A DNA stretch of 63,992 nt, filler included, from Octopus bimaculoides (Eukaryota): assembly GCF_001194135.2 (NCBI RefSeq). It is 7 parts of 7 records of this genome, joined end to end, with 100 filler letters (N's around TTAATTAATTAA, not from the genome) between each part and the next. Parts side by side here need not be neighbours in the genome. Positions count along the whole stretch, not along the records: positions 30,113 to 54,260 come from NC_068989.1; positions 54,361 to 57,184 come from NC_068982.1; positions 57,285 to 61,518 come from NC_069001.1; positions 61,619 to 63,992 come from NC_069004.1; 3 more parts are not named here. One strand, given 5' to 3'. Shown here one piece after another: positions 52,947 to 63,416 of this stretch. Under the pieces are notes generated by a model that saw only the letters and a program-made list of their open reading frames with translations, was not told where the DNA came from and did not search any database. A program made the translations under genes and the position numbers. Each line of letters opens with the position of its first letter. Position 1 is the stretch's first letter.

Positions 52947-53411
52947 ANNNNNNNNNNNNNNNNNNNNNNNNNNNNNNNNNNNNNNNNNNNNNNNNNNNNN
53001 NNNNNNNNNNNNNNNNNNNNNNNNNNNNNNNNNNNNNNNNNNNNNNNNNNNNNNNNNNNNNNNNNNNNNNNNNNNNNNNNNNNNNNNNNNNNNNNNNNNN
53101 NNNNNNNNNNNNNNNNNNNNNNNNNNNNNNNNNNNNNNNCTATTAAAGTAAACATATCTCTCCCCACTGCTGTTCTTCTCTCTCTCTTTATGTCTCCCTC
53201 CTCTCTCTCTCTCTCTCTGCCTCTCTCTCTCTCTCTCTCTCAGATCCTTTGAAGTATTTTTGATGTGTAAATTAGTATATATAACAGCGTCATTAATCCT
53301 TGACAGTATTACTCTGCTGCCACACGTACAAATAGTAAGATCTATACAAATGTATGTGTAGGCGTGTGTCTGTATAGATGCCGTCAGCGCTTACTGCACA
53401 CAACCACCAAA

Positions 53412-53865
53412 GTTTCTTATTTCTTTATTGCTCACAAGGGGTTAAACATAGAGGGGACAAACAAGGACAGACAAGGGGATTAAGTCGATTACATGGACCC
53501 CAGTGCGTAACTGTTACTTAATTTATCGACCCCGAAAGGATGCAATGCAAAGTCGACCTCGGCGGAATTTGAACTCAGAACGTAAAGACAGACGAAATAT
53601 CGCTAAGCACTTCGCCCGGTGTGCTAACGTTTCTTATTTCTTTATTGCCCACAAGGGGCTAAACATAGAGGGGACAAACAAGGACAAATGAAGGGATTAA
53701 ATCGATGCCATTGACCCCAGTCCGTAACTGGTACTTAATTTATCGATCCCGAAAGGATGAAAGGCAAAGTCGACCTCGGCGGAACTTGAACTCAGAACGT
53801 AACGGCAGACGAAATATCGCTAAGCATTTCGCCCGGCGTGCTAACGTTTCTGCCAGCTCGCCTCC
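53412..53865 (-). mobile_element. SINE-C head-to-tail dimer
   Basis: Two units about 217 bp apart, joined at gtttct (53629-53634). Confidence 0.9.
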
Positions 53866-54083
53866 TTGTCATCAATACTCGTCACCATTACTGCTACTGA
53901 GTGCATAATTTTTATATCAATAAATCTACATCTTCTAATGCCAACACCATCGTAACTATGAACGTCATAAAATGTACCAACGCCAACAGCAACACCACGA
54001 ATACCACTAAGACCATGACCTCCAGCGCCATCTCCACCAATATCATCACCACAACCACTAACAGCATCACTACTATCACCACT

Positions 54084-54260
54084 ACCACTACCACTGCCAC
54101 CGCTTCTACCACCCTCACTACTACCACCACTACGACTACCGCTGCCACCGCTTCTACCACCCTCACTACTACCACCACTACCACTACCACTGCCACCGCT
54201 TCTACCACCATCACTACTACCACCACTACCACTACCACTGCCACCGCTTCTACCACCATC
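54084..54260. repeat. 48-bp minisatellite, about 3.7 copies, cut by a linker
   Basis: Unit accactaccactgccaccgcttctaccacc(c/a)tcactactaccaccact. Confidence 0.9.
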
Positions 54261-54360
54261 NNNNNNNNNNNNNNNNNNNNNNNNNNNNNNNNNNNNNNNN
54301 NNNNTTAATTAATTAANNNNNNNNNNNNNNNNNNNNNNNNNNNNNNNNNNNNNNNNNNNN
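54261..54360. other. Artificial assembly linker
   Basis: N44-TTAATTAATTAA-N44. Confidence 0.97.
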
Positions 54361-54933
54361 GAAACCCATAAATAAATAAAATATATATATATATATACAT
54401 ACATACATACATACATGCATACATACATGCATACATACAAACATACAAACATACATACAGACATTTTGATTTCCATTAATTAATTCGGGTGTATTTATTT
54501 TAGATTTTAGATTTTTTAATATTTATTTCTATTAATTTATTTGTTATGTTTTATGACTTCTGTTCATTTGAATCTACATTTTGCTCTTTATCAAGTTAAT
54601 ACTAAAAGTAGAATATGGGTATAGAATAGAGAACTATATGATGCAGCAGTGTTTTCAAAGCTACTCCCCTGATAACGTGCGAATACACAACTATTGCTGG
54701 ATCATGTTTACGTAATATTTTTATAATATGTATAATATGTGAAACACTCTGCAAACTAAAAGCAATAACCAGAGCACAGAAACAATTGTTGTGATTTGAA
54801 TTAAAGCATGTTCGTTCCAGCTTGTATTATAAATTCCTTGTTGTATGAATTCTGCGTACAGTAACAAATTTTCATTTGTATATCCAATAAGAGAGTATTG
54901 CTGCTGTATGATAGTATTTAGTTGCTGTTAACG

Positions 54934-55010
<77 letters not shown>

Positions 55011-55155
55011 CATACATACATACATACATACATATGCATGCAAATATACATATACGCACACGCAAACGGNNNNNNNNNNTACCTTGATGGCATTTTGGGG
55101 CAGCTGCTTCCACAGAAATATGACATAATCTGCATGCATGCATGTATGTATGTAT

Positions 55156-55256
55156 GTCATTATTCAGTTTTATTTCAAGATTTCTTGCCAATAGAGAAGG
55201 AACCGGTTTCTAACCTAGATCAAGGCTCTTTCATTAGAATTTCAACATCAACAGAG
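55156..55256 (-). mobile_element. Short non-repetitive segment inside the same (ACAT)n tract, probably another retroposon 3' end
   Basis: About 100 bp bounded on both sides by (TATG)n. No coding signal. Confidence 0.35.
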
Positions 55257-55290
55257 TATGTATGCATGTATGTATGTATGTATGTATGTA

Positions 55291-56045
55291 TGTTTGCAGA
55301 TTTGTATGTCTTCTTTTGTGTGTGTATTTTCAGGCATATAGTTGCATTCTAGAAATGTTCATATGTACTTAAATAAGAAACTTCTGGAAAGTTTTACAGA
55401 TTTTTACAGTTCCAGTGATGGACTGGATTTGTAGTCTTTCAATCAACTTTTGCCTTTCTTGCTTTGAGAAGACTAATTTTTCAAGATCGGTATTTAGGCA
55501 GTGTGTTATATACCCCAGGGCACCAATAATTACAGCTATAAACCTTAATTTGTAATCTGGATAGAATACCCGTAGATTCCTCAATAGTTTAGCTTAGGTA
55601 TTTTTTTCGCTTATATTTAGCTTTATGTTTTTATGTTAATATGCGCTGGGCAGCTGATTTCCACAACTGTACACAGTCACTCTTCTTTGTCCCATATTAC
55701 TATGTCAGGTCTATGGTGCTTCCATTTTATTGAGGTTTTCACTGGGACATTGCACCATTACTCCTTTTTGTTACTTGTAACTATGGCCTGTACCATACTG
55801 CAGGTTCTTATTTCTTAGGCCTCAGTGTTATCTTTCCGACGGATCTCTGTGTCCCAGCTACATCATGCCTCATCGGTGGATAATACCGTGATGACATTTT
55901 CGGACGACTGCTTAACTCAACAAAGTCTGCAACGGTTGTCACATTTTACTGCTTTTCCTGCATCCCAATCCCTTTTGTGCATCAGGTATTTGGTTGATAT
56001 TTTTTGTTCCTGGATTGCAAACGCATATCTTTCAAACATTAACTG
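55291..56045 (-). mobile_element. 3' fragment of an RLE-type non-LTR retrotransposon with (ACAT)n tail
   Basis: CRLC..SSRPKMSSRYY.PMRHDVA (zinc-knuckle region), HRPDIVIWDKEE*LCTVVEISCP (PD..D endonuclease motif), then VIIGALG..LQIQSITGTVKICKTF*. Confidence 0.85.
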
Positions 56046-57147
56046 AAGGAACATCACGATACAAAGAAAATATAGGCAGTAAAACTTTGAAGTTTCGCCT
56101 TCGACTGACTGAGTCTACACAAAATTCATTGCACACACACACACAGCAAAAACACCGGAGCTCTATTCTTCCCATCGTTACGTACACACGACGGCCTTCC
56201 GACCACTATGGTTGAGTAACCCGTTCAAATGTCACCCATATCGGTTTGCGTTCCTTTGTCTGACCTCATTCCCCCCACACACACATAAACAGATGAGGGC
56301 AATAATATCACTCACACACACACACACGCGCGCGCGCGCGCGTGCGGAGCTGGCCAAGAACTTCCTCACGTACTCACCACACATTTATAAAATCCCATAG
56401 CCGTAACGTAAAATAACGAGACATTGTACTTTCGTCTACGACTCCATCATCACCAGCACCATCCTCACCATCATCACCAGCACCATCCTCACCATCACTA
56501 TCTAAACCATCCTCACCATCACTATCTAAACCACTATTACTACCGTTATCACCAACGCCTTCACAAACAGTACTAACCTTGCTAACACCACCTCCACTAA
56601 CAACAATTACACTATCGGCGTCGTCACCGCCGTCGCTTCCATCGCCGCGGCCGTTTGCCACGATGTAAAAACAATCAAGAGCACCATCGCCAAAGGCAGT
56701 CTGAGTGCTTGCTCTAACGCCAGGCTCGGCCCTCAGTGCGGGTTTTGTGTCAGTGCGTGTGGAGTGGATTATTTTGTCGTTTGTGTCGGACAAATATTTT
56801 TGTATCTATACATACACTCATACAGACATACATGTACGTTCTTAATACATACATAGATAATATAAATCTGTGTATATATGTATGTAGGTATGTATGTATG
56901 TATATATATATATATATATACACAAATATATGCATTTATATATATGTATATGTGTGTGCGTGTGTGTGTGTGTGTATAAGCATATACATATATGTATGCA
57001 TACGTATACATGAATATATATATGCGTGTGTAAATATATGCATATAAATGTGTATATATATATACTGTATATATATACGGTATATATATATATATATATA
57101 TACATGCATATATATAATACATATATAAGCACACACATACACACAAA

Positions 57148-57184
<37 letters not shown>

Positions 57185-57284
57185 NNNNNNNNNNNNNNNN
57201 NNNNNNNNNNNNNNNNNNNNNNNNNNNNTTAATTAATTAANNNNNNNNNNNNNNNNNNNNNNNNNNNNNNNNNNNNNNNNNNNN
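57185..57284. other. Artificial assembly linker
   Basis: N44-TTAATTAATTAA-N44. Confidence 0.97.
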
Positions 57285-57618
57285 TTAGACTGCGGCCATG
57301 CTGGGGCACCGTCTTGAAGAACTTTTAATCGAATGAATCGACCGTCAGAACTTTTATTTTATTTATTTATTTATTGTTTAAAGCCTTGTACAGTTATTCT
57401 ATCGGTCTGTTTTGCCGAACCGCTAATTTACGGGGACATAAACACATCAACACCAGTCGTCAAGCGGTGGTGGGAGACAAACACAAGCATAGAGGCACCA
57501 CACCAAATCAACTCCGAAGGCTTCGGTCGGCCCAAGGCTGTGGTAGAAGTCACTTGCCCAAAGTGCCATGCAGTGGGACTGAACCCGGAAGCAAGTTTTT
57601 TTACCACACAGCCACATC
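57285..57618 (-). mobile_element. SINE-B, near full length
   Basis: Tail gactgcggccatgctggggcacc through to head cacttgcccaaagtgcc..accacacagccac. Confidence 0.82.
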
Positions 57619-58864
57619 TGCACCGTCTTATTCATATACATTTAATAAGCAATGTGGAGATGTTCATCCAGGTCCTACACAGATTTGTGATTTTCGCAGT
57701 CTTAGAGAAGAGACGCAGCCTATTTAACCGATCAGTGTTTTCAGCTGAATAACACTTTATTCTATTGACCCCCGGGAAGGTAAAGTTGATCTTGGAGAAT
57801 TTGAACCCAGAGTGGAAAGGGGCGTAATTAAAATAAAGCCTACTGGTCTAATAATCCATTGTACTATAGTCACAAGGCCTGATGTTTTATGGTGAAGGGG
57901 CTCATTAACCCTAGTAGGAGAAGAGGGAGGGTAGGAGGATAAGGAGGGGGAGGGGAGGAAAGTGGGAGGAGTAGGAAAAGGAGGAGGACGGAGAAAAGGA
58001 GGAGGAGGTACTTTTACTGTCGACCTCGAAGGGATGAAAGACTAAGTCGAGCTCGGCAGTATTTGAACTCAGAACGCAAAACCAGTATTTTGCCCCTTTT
58101 TCTGTCGATTAAATAACGATTTATAATTATCCTCCGGATTAAGTCGGTGAACCAGCAGAATCGTTAGTGCGCCAGACAAAATGTTTAGAGGCATTTCTTC
58201 CCAACTTTACATTCTGAGTTCAAATTTCGCCGAAGTTAAATTTCCTTTCCATCATTCTTAGGGCTCAGTAAAATAAGTATCAGTTAAGCAGTGTGATCGA
58301 TGTAACCGACTGTCCCTAAAATTTCAGGTCTTGTGCCTATAGGAACTCCCCCAAGCCCCCACCAAAAATACAGTAAAGGTTACATATAAGTTGAAACAGC
58401 GGTGACGGTTTAGTCAGGGGATAGGGTGTGACCAGGATTTTCTATGTTCTCTTAGATTTGGTGGTGTTTGAACATCTGCAGGAAAAAGTGGGGGTCGCAG
58501 AGGTTAATCCAAATGGGGTGAAATGTAGGGTGTGTGAAGTGAAACACAATAAGGGTGACGGTAGGACGAGGGAGCTTTGAATGAAGAGAAGGAGAAAGAG
58601 AGTATGAAGCTAGATATTTCAGACAAGCAGACGATGATGTCGTAGCAATAAAAAGAAAAAAAAAAAGGCGAACATCAAGGTGTACATCTGTGAAATGGTA
58701 ATTATTACAGCCTGAGGATGAATAAATCAATGATTGTAGCAGAATTTTAGACTAGACATCTTTTGAGGCATTGTTGGAAATATTTGTGTTTAAAGCAGCA
58801 ATACTATGTGTGTGTGTGTGTGTGATCGATGTATGTATGAATATATATATATATATATATATAT

Positions 58865-59062
58865 GGGAGAATATACAAATAATAACAACAGACGAGGACA
58901 GGTGGTGTAAATAACAAAAGTATATATTAGTATGACGCTCGGGAATACAGAAAGTCTTTGACGTTTCGAGCTACGCTCTTCAACAGAAAGAATACGGAGA
59001 CAAGGAGAAAAACACGGAGAAAAAAAATTGAATAGTGTTCAGTCAACGGTCAATCATAATAA
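58865..59062 (-). mobile_element. Short Penelope-like/retrozyme-like element in a (TA)n tract, carrying the hammerhead-like motif
   Basis: About 200 bp flanked by (TA)n on both sides. The part 3' of the motif is visibly homologous to 22390-22479. The PLE assignment is inferred from the ribozyme type. Confidence 0.5.
58955..58991 (-). ncRNA. Minimal type I hammerhead-ribozyme-like motif with variant core (CUGUUGA)
   Basis: Minus strand reads UCUUU-CUGUUGA-A-GAGC(GUA)GCUC-GAAA-C-GUC-AAAGA. This gives a 5-bp stem I, a 4-bp stem II, GAAA, a palindromic ACGU in place of stem III and a GUC cleavage triplet. The core has A6->U, so activity is untested. Confidence 0.6.
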
Positions 59063-59153
59063 TGTATATATATATATATACATCTATATATATATACATA
59101 TGTATTTATGCATGTATATATGTATGTATGCATGCATGTATGTATGTATGTGT

Positions 59154-59524
59154 GGAGGCGCAATGGCCCAGTGGTTAGGGCAGCGGACTCGCGGTCATAG
59201 GATCGCAGTTTCGATTCCCAGACCGGGCGTTGTGAGTCTTTATTGAGCGAAAACACCTAAAGCCCCACGAGGCTCCTGCAGGGTATGTTGGCGGACCCTG
59301 CTGTACTCTTTCCCCACAACTTTCTCTCATTCTTTCTTCCTGTTTCTGTAATTCAAAGGGCCAGCTTTGTCACACTGTGTCACGCTGAATATCCCCGAGA
59401 ACTACGTTAAGGGCACACGTGTCTGTGGAGTGCTCAGCCACTTGCACGTTAATTTCACGAGCAAGCTGTTCCGTTGATCGGATCAACTGGAACCTTCGAC
59501 GGTGTAAGCGACTGAGTGCCAACA
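59154..59524 (+). mobile_element. SINE-A, full length, in a (TATG)n tract
   Basis: ggaggcgcaatggcccagtggttagggcagcggactcgcgg..gagtgccaac. Confidence 0.9.
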
Positions 59525-60280
59525 TGTATGTATGTATGTATGTATGTATGTATGTATGTATTGTCTTATCAATACATAGAAAATGCCGTCTGTAGCGAAA
59601 ATCCTCTTCAAACGTCTTAGCATACCAATTTCAAATCTCGAGAGTAAATTTATCGTCGTGTTTTTTTACGCTCAGTGTAATTGCATCGCAGAACATTATA
59701 TATTATCATTCACTTGGTAATTAATTCGACTTTCATTAACAATGGAAAATAGATTTAAAAACAAAATCTTTATAATTATCAAATTTGTTCAATGTCTACT
59801 TGAAAAAAAAAAAAAACAAGTAATAAAAAAAAACAGCTTCAATATTACTTTTAAAAATAGAATCACAAAAAATGTAATAATAATAATGCAGTAAAAGGAT
59901 AACACTTCTAAAACGTAGGAAGGAAGAAATATTCTAAAACAAACAAAGTGTAATCAATGCCTCTTAAATAATCGAGTATTTCGCCATTTTGGAAGTCATT
60001 GAAAATACGTTATTGTTGCTTTATATTGTTCTGTTTCTCTGTGTTGTGCAATTTCTATAGCGACGATATGCTGTTGCGTTTATACTCTGTCCTGTTTTGT
60101 TTTCTTTTTGATGAAGAACGGCGTATTTACTCGCTTGCGAGAAAGGATTAAACAAGGATCTGCGAGTGTAGTTAAAGAAGATTGTTTTCTAACCACTTGG
60201 TTTCGGGTTCAGTCCCACTACGCAGCACCATGATCCGTGGTCTTCTATTTTAGCCCCAAACCGATCAATACCTTGTGAGT

Positions 60281-60560
60281 AAATTTGACAGAGGGAAAAT
60301 GTGTGTGTGTATGTATGTATGCATGTATGTATGTGTGTGCGCGCGCGCGCGCCTGTGTGTAATTTATTTGCCTCTCGACAAAATATTGGGTTGGTGCATA
60401 ATTATTGCGGCTTTTTTTCAACAAATTTGACAGAGGGAAAATGTGTGTGTGTATGTATGTATGCATGTATGTATGTGTGCGTGCGTGCGTGTGTGTGTAA
60501 TTTATTTGCCTCTCGACAAAATATTGGGTTGGTGCATAATTATTGCGGCTTTTTTTCAAC
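60281..60560. repeat. About 142-bp tandem duplication that includes the MITE left TIR
   Basis: Units start at 60281 and 60423; the unique parts are identical. Confidence 0.9.
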
Positions 60561-60745
60561 AAGTAACAAAAACATCTTTAAATGATTATTCCGGAGCATA
60601 TTCACCATCTACTTCAATTACTGCTTCCCATTTGCTTGGCAGACGGTCAGACCGTCGTTTAAAGATGTTTTTGTTAAATATCGTTATTGTTTTTGTTGAA
60701 TAAAATTTGTTGAAAAGAAACCGCAATAATTATGCACCAGTCCAA
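60524..60745. mobile_element. 222-bp mariner-derived MITE with TA target duplication, inserted in a SINE-C head
   Basis: TIRs TTGGGTTGGTGCATAATTATTGCGG / CCGCAATAATTATGCACCAGTCCAA resemble Hsmar1/MADE1 ends. The minus strand carries DRLPSKWEAVIEVDGEY*. Confidence 0.88.
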
Positions 60746-61518
60746 TACTTAACGGCATTTCGTCCGTCTTTACGTTCTGAGTTCAAATTCTGCTGAGGTC
60801 AACTTTGCCTTTCATCCTTTCGGGGTCGATAAAATAAGTACTATTTGAGCATTAGGGTCGATGTAGTCAACTGGACGTTAGCACCCAAAATTTCAGGTCA
60901 TGTGCCTATAGTGGAAAGAACGAATTAATTTGAGTTGACAAGATATTCAGCACACCGGACAAATTGCTCAGGGTATTTCTTCCGGTTTTTTACCTTCTGA
61001 GCTTACATGCCACCGAGGACGACTTTGCCCTTCGTTTTTCGGTGGTCGATAAAATAAGAATCAGATCAGCACTAGAATCGATGTAATCCACTACCCGCTC
61101 TTCAAAACATTTCAGACCTTGTGCCTGTAACCGAAAGAATAAATAATTCTTTTTTCATTTAATAAATTTCCACAAGTATAATAGAATATTTATTTTGTCG
61201 ACAAGATTTTTCTCACCTGATTTGAATGTTTAATCTTCTCATTTGATATCTCACTCAAAATATATGCGTATCTTCCTCAGCCAAACGTCAAAATTTAATG
61301 ATAAATCATATCCACGTTATTATAAAAAATCTTTTGTCATTTCACATTGCTGCCGCTCGGAGAATTACTTTTGCTAATATCCCTCAACTAACACACACAC
61401 ACACACACATACACGCGCGCGCATTCACACATATATACGTACACAAACATGCACACCCAGAAACACAAACACAATCACAAATATGTCTGTGTATGTATAT
61501 ATATAAAAATATAAATAT

Positions 61519-61618
61519 NNNNNNNNNNNNNNNNNNNNNNNNNNNNNNNNNNNNNNNNNNNNTTAATTAATTAANNNNNNNNNNNNNNNNNNNNNNNNNN
61601 NNNNNNNNNNNNNNNNNN
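61519..61618. other. Artificial assembly linker
   Basis: N44-TTAATTAATTAA-N44. Confidence 0.97.
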
Positions 61619-61740
61619 TTATATTATATATTGTATATTCCATATTCTATACCCCACATTAGTTCTGCAGGAATATAAATAAAACATAAAAAACAGACAG
61701 TGTTGGAACTCTTTTAAGCAAAATAATATATATATATATA

Positions 61741-61899
61741 TACACTCTCTGAGTGGTTGGCGTTAGGAAGGGCATCCAGCTGTAGAAACTCTGCCAAATC
61801 AGACTGGAGCCTGGTGTTGCCATCCGGTTTCACCAGTCCTCAGTCAAATCGTCCAACCCATGCTAGCATGGAAAGCGGACGTTAAACGATGATGATGAT
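61741..61899 (+). mobile_element. RTE-like 3' end, CpGs intact (probably young), just upstream of the first CPOX exon seen
   Basis: acactctctgagtggttggcgttaggaagggcatccagc..gcggacgttaaacgatgatgatg. Confidence 0.8.
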
Positions 61900-61927
61900 A
61901 CATATCTCTTCCGTTTCTTGCTTGTAG

Positions 61928-62053
61928 GTCAATCCCCATGTGCCTACAATACACTTTAATTACCGGTACTTTGAAACTGTTGCTGACGACGGTACGGTCA
62001 ACTGGTGGTTTGGGGGAGGCACAGACCTCACCCCTATGTATCTGGAAAAGAAA
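61928..62053 (+). CDS. CPOX: Coproporphyrinogen III oxidase, internal exon (phase 0-0), [42 protein letters not shown]
   Basis: Acceptor cttgtag, donor gtaagt, 126 nt open. Contains the CPOX/HemF motifs [15 protein letters not shown] and WWFGGGxDLTP. Confidence 0.96.
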
Positions 62054-62284
62054 GTAAGTGAAAATCATATTGGTAAATTACATCTTTAAATTATGTACAT
62101 ATAATACATATGCATCATCATCATCACCACCATCGTCATCATCACCATCATTGTCATCATCACCATCATCATTTAACATTCCATGACTATGTCTATAGTC
62201 CAGCCCTTCAACATTGTATTTCCTGATTGCATTTATCTTCCTGGTTCATTTTACCAATTCTCTTTTCTGTTTAACTCATCCCAG

Positions 62285-62396
62285 GATGTTTCCCACTTTC
62301 ACAAGACTTTAAAAGCTGCCTGCGACCAGCACAGTGAGTCGTACTACCCCACCTTCAAGAAATGGTGTGATAATTACTTCTTCCTTCCTCACAGAG
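62285..62396 (+). CDS. CPOX: CPOX internal exon (phase 0-1), DVSHFHKTLKAACDQHSESYYPTFKKWCDNYFFLPHR(G)
   Basis: Acceptor catcccag, donor gtaaga, 112 nt, in frame with the previous exon. Matches the HFHxTLKxACDxH and FKKWCDxYF motifs. Confidence 0.97.
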
Positions 62397-62432
62397 GTAA
62401 GAACAAGACTGTTACAAGTCTCTTTTTCTTGT

Positions 62433-62795
62433 ATTCTTTTATTGGTTTCAGTTATTTGACTGTGGCCATGCTGGAGCACTGCTTTTAGTCGAGCAAATCG
62501 ACCCCAGGACTTGGTCTTTGTATGCCTAGTATTTATTTTCTCAGTCTCTTGTGTTGAACCGCTAAGTTACGGGTACATAAATATACCAGCATCGGTTGTC
62601 AAGCAATGTCGGGGGGCAAACACAGACACACACACATGCTGAGCTTCTTTCAGTTTTCCATCTACCAGATCCACTCACAAGGCTTTGGTCGGCCTGAGGC
62701 TATAGTAGAAAACACTTGCCCAAGGTGCCATGCTGTGGGACTGAACCTGGAACCATGTGGTTGGTAGGCAATCTACTTACCACACAGCCACTCCT
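62433..62795 (-). mobile_element. SINE-B, full length, in a CPOX intron
   Basis: Tail, short (CA)n and head are contiguous. Further pieces lie at 62950-63188 (+) and 63228-63352 (-). Confidence 0.88.
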
Positions 62796-63186
62796 CCACC
62801 TGTCAGTTTATATTTAGTTGTTGGCTTTGGTTTTGTTGAATCTGTTATCAGTAAGGTGGAGGTGGGGGTTGTCTTGCAAGATGATTGGTGACCTCACTAG
62901 TACTGGTACCACGGGTACCTTGTTGTGCCACTATTTCCTATTTATATGTATATGTGTGTGTGTGTGTGTCTTTGTGTCTGTGTTTGTGCTCTCCCCCCCC
63001 CCCCATCACTACTTGACAACCTGTGTTGGTATGTTTAAATCCCCATAACTTAGCACTTCGGCAAAAGAGACTAATAGAATAACCAGTCAGTTTAAGAAAT
63101 AAGTGCTAGGTTTGATTTGTTTGACTAAAATACTTCAAGGCAGTGCCCCAGCATGGCCACAGTCAAAATGACAAACATATAAAAGA

Positions 63187-63220
<34 letters not shown>

Positions 63221-63416
63221 GACATACCTCACAAGGCTCCAGTTGGCTTAGGACTGTAGTAAAAGATACTTGTCCCAGGTGCCATGCTGTGGGACTGAAC
63301 CCAGAACCATGTGGTTGGGAAGCAAACTTCCTACTACATTGCCGTGTCTATGCCTTAATAAAATAAATAAATATGATGTGATATGAAATTTTATTTTGTT
63401 ATTTTCTTTTCTGTAG

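Noticed and set aside
555-57232. Long ORFs in the supplied track
   Set aside because: They run through N gaps or translate microsatellites ([12 protein letters not shown], poly-N/S/T). No coding evidence.
59154-59230. tRNA gene-like sequence (also at 41785, 43784 and other SINE heads)
   Set aside because: A/B boxes are present, but there is no proper acceptor stem and each continues into a shared SINE body with tail and TSD.
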